Positions 59,931-64,000 of a stretch of DNA of 64,000 bases are shown here, piece after piece; positions within the stretch are counted from its first letter, which is position 1, and each line of letters starts with the position of its first letter. Below the pieces are notes generated by a model, which was given only the letters and a program-made list of their open reading frames with translations, was not told the origin of the DNA and searched no databases. Where the stretch lies: contig OY764216.1 of NCBI GenBank assembly GCA_963668315.1, positions 928,001-992,000 of the forward strand. The letters are read 5' to 3'. The position numbers were made by a program, and so were the translations under genes. Source of the stretch: Spirochaetia bacterium. GTDB lineage: Bacteria; Spirochaetota; Spirochaetia; DSM-2461.

Positions 59931-61307
59931 ATGAAACCCTTTTCCCATGTGAATATTTCCCCGCCCATGCTGGCGAATCTCAAAAAGATCGGTTACGACA
60001 CCATGACTCCCATTCAGGAAGGGGCGATTCCCCCCATTCTCAAGGGAAAGGACGTTTTGGCCCAGGCGAAGACGGGAAGCGGCAAGACGGCGGCTTTCGG
60101 AATAGGACTCCTTGAGCGGATGGATACGGAGCGGTACAGGGTCCAGGCCCTCGTGCTCTGTCCCACCCGGGAACTGTCGGAGCAGGTTGCTTCGGAGATA
60201 CGCCGGCTGGCCGGGTTTCGCCACAACATCAAGGTTTTGAATATTACCGGGGGGCTCCCTCTGCGGAAGCAGGAGCACTCCCTTTCCCATCAGGCCCATA
60301 TCGTGGTGGGGACGCCCGGACGGATTAATAAGCTTTTGAAGCGCGGTTCCCTGGTACCCGACGAGATCAGAACCCTGGTGCTGGACGAGGCGGACCGGAT
60401 GCTGGATATGGGGTTCATAGATACTATTCGGGAGATCATCGCCCATGTCCCCGAAAATCGGCAGACCCTCTGTTTTTCCGCAACCTTCCCCGAGGATATC
60501 CGGGCGCTCACCCGGGACATCATGAAGGATCCCCGGGAGATTACGGTGGATGCCATTCATGCCGAGGGAGTGATTGAGCAGTCGTTCTTCCGGGTGAATG
60601 CCGAGGAGAGAGGCCGGGCGGTGGTAAATCTGATACGGGAGCACCGGCCGGAATCGACGGTCGTGTTCTGCAACACCAAAGATGCCTGCCGCCGGATTCA
60701 GGAGGAGCTGGAACGTTACGGGATGCACTCCCTGGCCCTTCACGGTGATCTGGAGCAGAAGGAGCGGAACGAAGTGCTGATCCGCTTTTCCAACGGGAGC
60801 AGCCCCGTGCTGGTGGCTACCGACGTGGCGGCCCGGGGGCTGGATATCGGGGACCTGGCCTGCGTTATCAACTACAATCTGCCCTTTGAGACGGAAACCT
60901 ACATCCACCGCATAGGCCGGACGGGAAGGGCGGGGAAGACGGGGCTGGCTTTTTCCCTTATGAAGCCGGATGAGCAGTTCCGCCTGGACCGTATCAATGA
61001 ACTGACCGGCGAAAACTATGCCGCCCTGCCCATGGACTGCACCGTCCCGGAGGATTTTCCCGGACTCAAGCCTGCCATGGTGACCCTGTCTATCAACGGG
61101 GGACGGAAGAATAAGATCAGCGCCGGGGATATTCTGGGAGCCCTGACCGCGGAGGGCGGTCTGAAAGGGAGCGACGTGGGGAAGATTGACCGGCTGGATT
61201 ACATTAGCTTTGTGGCGGTGAAGAGGGAGTTTTCCGATAGGGCCCTGAAGATGCTCTCAAAGGGAGCGGTCAAAGGGAAGACTTTCAGGGCGAGGACTCA
61301 CCGGTAG
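59931..61307 (+). CDS. dbpA: ATP-dependent RNA helicase DbpA
   Basis: TPIQ, AKTGSGKT, PTREL, DEAD, SAT, HRIGRTGR; C-terminal DbpA RNA-binding domain INGGRKNKISAGDILGAL. Confidence 0.92.
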   Translation: MKPFSHVNISPPMLANLKKIGYDTMTPIQEGAIPPILKGKDVLAQAKTGSGKTAAFGIGLLERMDTERYRVQALVLCPTRELSEQVASEIRRLAGFRHNIKVLNITGGLPLRKQEHSLSHQAHIVVGTPGRINKLLKRGSLVPDEIRTLVLDEADRMLDMGFIDTIREIIAHVPENRQTLCFSATFPEDIRALTRDIMKDPREITVDAIHAEGVIEQSFFRVNAEERGRAVVNLIREHRPESTVVFCNTKDACRRIQEELERYGMHSLALHGDLEQKERNEVLIRFSNGSSPVLVATDVAARGLDIGDLACVINYNLPFETETYIHRIGRTGRAGKTGLAFSLMKPDEQFRLDRINELTGENYAALPMDCTVPEDFPGLKPAMVTLSINGGRKNKISAGDILGALTAEGGLKGSDVGKIDRLDYISFVAVKREFSDRALKMLSKGAVKGKTFRARTHR

Positions 61308-62508
61308 GGTTTTTCTTCTTTTTCGGCTTTTTGATTTTGAAGGGCCGCGTATCGAGAACGGACGGAGGCAGTTCCTTTGCCGGGGCGAATCCTTCTTCTA
61401 TCCTGCGGGGTATGACCTGCTGCGTCAGCCGCTCGATTGTCTTCAGTTCGTCAAATTCCTCGGCGCACACGAGGGATATGGCCACGCCGGGGCGGTCCGC
61501 CCTTCCGGTACGGCCTATGCGGTGGATGTACTCCTCTTTCACCCGGGGCAGATCATAGTTGATGACCAGGGGAAGCCGGCTGATATCCAGGCCGCGGGAG
61601 GCCAGGTCAGTGGCTATGAGAATATTCGCATCCCCCGATTTAAACTCCTTCAGCGCTGTTGTTCGGGCTCCCTGGCTTTTGTCCCCATGGATGGCGTTCC
61701 CCTTGATCCCCTTTTTCTCAAGCCGCCGGACAAGATGATCCGCCCCGTTTTTCGTTCCCGTGAAGATAAGAATCTTTTGGTCGCCGTACCGGCGGATCAG
61801 CTCTATGAGTAGGGCCGCCTTTTTCTCCCGGTCCACCGGGTAAACCCACTGCTCCACGGGCTCCGCCGTTTTTCTTTCCGGCTCGATATGAATCTCCAGG
61901 GGGTCCGCCAGCAGCTTCGTGGCAAGGGCTTTTACTTCCGAAGGCAGGGTTGCGGAGAAGAGGAGAGTCTGGGGCTTTCCCGGGAGAAGGGAGAGAATAC
62001 GCTGTACTTCGCGGGTAAAGCCCATGCTGAGTATGCGGTCCATCTCATCCAGAATCAGCATCTCCAGATTCGGGAAAAGGACGCCGTTCTTGTCATAAAT
62101 ATCCAGAAGTCTGCCGGGGGTAGCCACGAGGATCTCCACGCCCCGGTGCAGTTTCTGGAGCTGGGGGTTGATTTTTACCCCGCCGAATACAGCTTCGGTC
62201 CGTAGGGGCAGGTATTTCCCGTAGGCGTTGAGGGCATCGGCCGTCTGGCAGGCCAGTTCCCGGGTGGGTACCAGGATAAGGGCTCTGATGCGGCGGGCTC
62301 CCGCCCGGGGGCGTTTACTGAGTTTCTGCAGCAGGGGCAGGGAGAAGGCCGCCGTTTTCCCCGTTCCCGTCTGGGATGTCGCCAGGATATCCCGGCCGGC
62401 GAGGATGGGGGGGATCGCCTGCTCCTGAATGGGAGTAGGAACGGCGTATCCCCTTTTATTCAAGGCTTTCTTCAGAGGCTCGCCCAGGGGCAGTTCGTTA
62501 AAGTACAT
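61285..62508 (-). CDS. DEAD-box RNA helicase, RhlE-like (motif II reads DEMD)
   Basis: PTPIQ, QTGTGKT, PTRELA, TPGRLLD, DEMD, SAT, HGDKSQGAR, HRIGRTGR; basic C-terminal tail. Confidence 0.88.
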   Translation of the reverse strand: MYFNELPLGEPLKKALNKRGYAVPTPIQEQAIPPILAGRDILATSQTGTGKTAAFSLPLLQKLSKRPRAGARRIRALILVPTRELACQTADALNAYGKYLPLRTEAVFGGVKINPQLQKLHRGVEILVATPGRLLDIYDKNGVLFPNLEMLILDEMDRILSMGFTREVQRILSLLPGKPQTLLFSATLPSEVKALATKLLADPLEIHIEPERKTAEPVEQWVYPVDREKKAALLIELIRRYGDQKILIFTGTKNGADHLVRRLEKKGIKGNAIHGDKSQGARTTALKEFKSGDANILIATDLASRGLDISRLPLVINYDLPRVKEEYIHRIGRTGRADRPGVAISLVCAEEFDELKTIERLTQQVIPRRIEEGFAPAKELPPSVLDTRPFKIKKPKKKKNPTGESSP

Positions 62509-62511
62509 AGC

Positions 62512-64000
62512 CTACCAGTCGATGGGGAAGTAATCCTTCAGAAATTTCCCGTACATATGGTGGCCCGTGTTTATCCCGTCGAAGATGGGATCGCACACCC
62601 GGGCCGCTCCGTCCACGATGTCCAGGGGTGGCTGGAAATCGTGGAGGTCCACCTTCTTTTTGGCCAGCTGGACCGGATCCTCGTCGGTCACCCATCCCGT
62701 ATCCACCGCATTCATGAAGATGCCCCATTTCGCCAGTTCGTCGGCGGAGGTGTGGGTGAGCATGTTCAGGGCCGCCTTGGCCATGTTTGTGTGGGGGTGG
62801 CGTTCGCCCTTCTTGAACCGCAGGAATTTCCCTTCCATGGCGGAGACGTTGACGATATGCTTCTGCCCGGTATTTTCTTTTTTCATAAGGGGAATGAGTT
62901 TGTTGCAGAGGACGAAGGGGGCCACCGCGTTGACCAGCTGGATTTCCAGCATTTCGGATGTCTGGATCTCCCCCAGTTTCAGACGCCAGCTGTTGGTGGT
63001 GCGCAGATCCACCTGCTGCAGGTCCACGTCCAGCCTGCCCGCGGGAAATACCGCTTCAACCGATTTCTCTTCGTCGAAGTCGTAGGGAATCTGGGAGAGC
63101 TTGGCCGACTCCCTTAAGCCGATGCCGGGAGCCTTTTCATGCCAGCTCACAGGCAGGGCTTCCGTATCGTTCTGTTCCAGGACAGGGCGGGAGAAGGCGC
63201 TCAGCCTTTCGGTAAATATATGGAAATTACGGAGCAGTCCCTGCACGGAGGGGCTCATGTCTTCCACATCCAGCAGTTCGTTTTCCATGAGATGGGCGTA
63301 GAACCCCGGCGGGCGCCTTACGGTCTGGGCCGCGTTGTTTATGAGAATATCCAGGCGGCTGTAGGTCTCGTTGATATGCTGGCAGAAAAGCTCCACGCTG
63401 GGGGTATGGCGCAGGTCGAGTCCGTAGACATGGAGGCGGCTTCCCCACCGGGAAAAATCCTCCTCCTTCGCATAGCGCTGGGCCGAGTCCACGGGAAAGC
63501 GGGTCGTGGCGATGACGGTGGCGCCGGCACGCAGCATCATAAGGGTGGCGTGATAGCCGATTTTCAGACGGGAGCCCGTAATCAGAGCCACCTGTCCTGT
63601 CAGGTCGGCGGTCTGGAAGCGCTTGCGGTAGTTCAGGTCGGCGCAGGAGGGGCACATGGTGTCGTAGAAAAAGTGAAGCCGGGTATATTCGGTCTTGCAT
63701 ACGTAGCAGTTCCGCGGGGAGGGAAGGAGGGGGAGGGACTCGGGGTCGGAGGTGCCGTCGGTCAGCTGGGCGGGAGCGGTGAATACGGCTTCGGTACGTG
63801 CCTGACGTATTCCCGTGGCCGCCCGGGCTTCGCGGGCCTTCTGGGCGGCTTCCTTTTTAATGAGTTTTCTCTTGGCCTTGTTTTTCTTGCGGATCGCCTC
63901 CGCATCTGGCCGGGACAGCCGTCCCGCCAGTTTCATTAGCTCTATCTGCTGTTCCCGGGAAAGGGAGGCGAAGCTTTCGCTGTTCTCGGTCAATTCGGTG
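62512..64000 (-). CDS. Atypical SDR oxidoreductase with N-terminal CxxC...CxxC zinc ribbon, probably 5'-truncated
   Basis: CYVC...[44 protein letters not shown]; frame stays open to the window end. Confidence 0.8.
   Translation of the reverse strand, partial: TELTENSESFASLSREQQIELMKLAGRLSRPDAEAIRKKNKAKRKLIKKEAAQKAREARAATGIRQARTEAVFTAPAQLTDGTSDPESLPLLPSPRNCYVCKTEYTRLHFFYDTMCPSCADLNYRKRFQTADLTGQVALITGSRLKIGYHATLMMLRAGATVIATTRFPVDSAQRYAKEEDFSRWGSRLHVYGLDLRHTPSVELFCQHINETYSRLDILINNAAQTVRRPPGFYAHLMENELLDVEDMSPSVQGLLRNFHIFTERLSAFSRPVLEQNDTEALPVSWHEKAPGIGLRESAKLSQIPYDFDEEKSVEAVFPAGRLDVDLQQVDLRTTNSWRLKLGEIQTSEMLEIQLVNAVAPFVLCNKLIPLMKKENTGQKHIVNVSAMEGKFLRFKKGERHPHTNMAKAALNMLTHTSADELAKWGIFMNAVDTGWVTDEDPVQLAKKKVDLHDFQPPLDIVDGAARVCDPIFDGINTGHHMYGKFLKDYFPIDW

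Overview
Bacterial chromosomal segment, probably from a free-living anaerobic Spirochaetales. This placement is inferred from the sugar-binding-protein signal peptides, the MCP style and the ParB/DUF4032-like gene. It carries about 55 genes, and I could see no rRNA, tRNA, CRISPR array, IS or phage genes. The first ~39 kb is mostly carbohydrate uptake and catabolism: Opp-type ABC ATPases, two GH51 arabinofuranosidases, GH31, a GH106-like hydrolase, an SGNH esterase, a GH4 alpha-galactosidase with its ABC transporter, uxuA/uxuB, Gfo/Idh/MocA oxidoreductases, a second sugar ABC system with a YesMN-type two-component pair, and four AraC regulators. A DUF917 / hydantoinase-oxoprolinase / NCS1 permease / Lrp cassette interrupts this stretch. 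The rest is mixed: PHP, ParB-like protein, MCP, a panE-like gene, mgsA, CoADR-rhodanese, dbpA, an rhlE-like helicase and an atypical SDR. The best candidate for an undescribed system is the fully overlapping seven-gene minus-strand operon at 48158-55932. It encodes a MoxR AAA+ ATPase, an unknown protein, a HEXXH-metallopeptidase/vWA fusion, a second unknown protein, a PaaK/CapK-like adenylating enzyme, a NadR-type NMNAT/NR kinase and PnuC. A second window-wide pattern is about eight genes whose -10 box lies only 6-9 nt before the ATG with no clear Shine-Dalgarno, suggesting leaderless mRNAs. All calls come from reading motifs by eye; no database searches were run.
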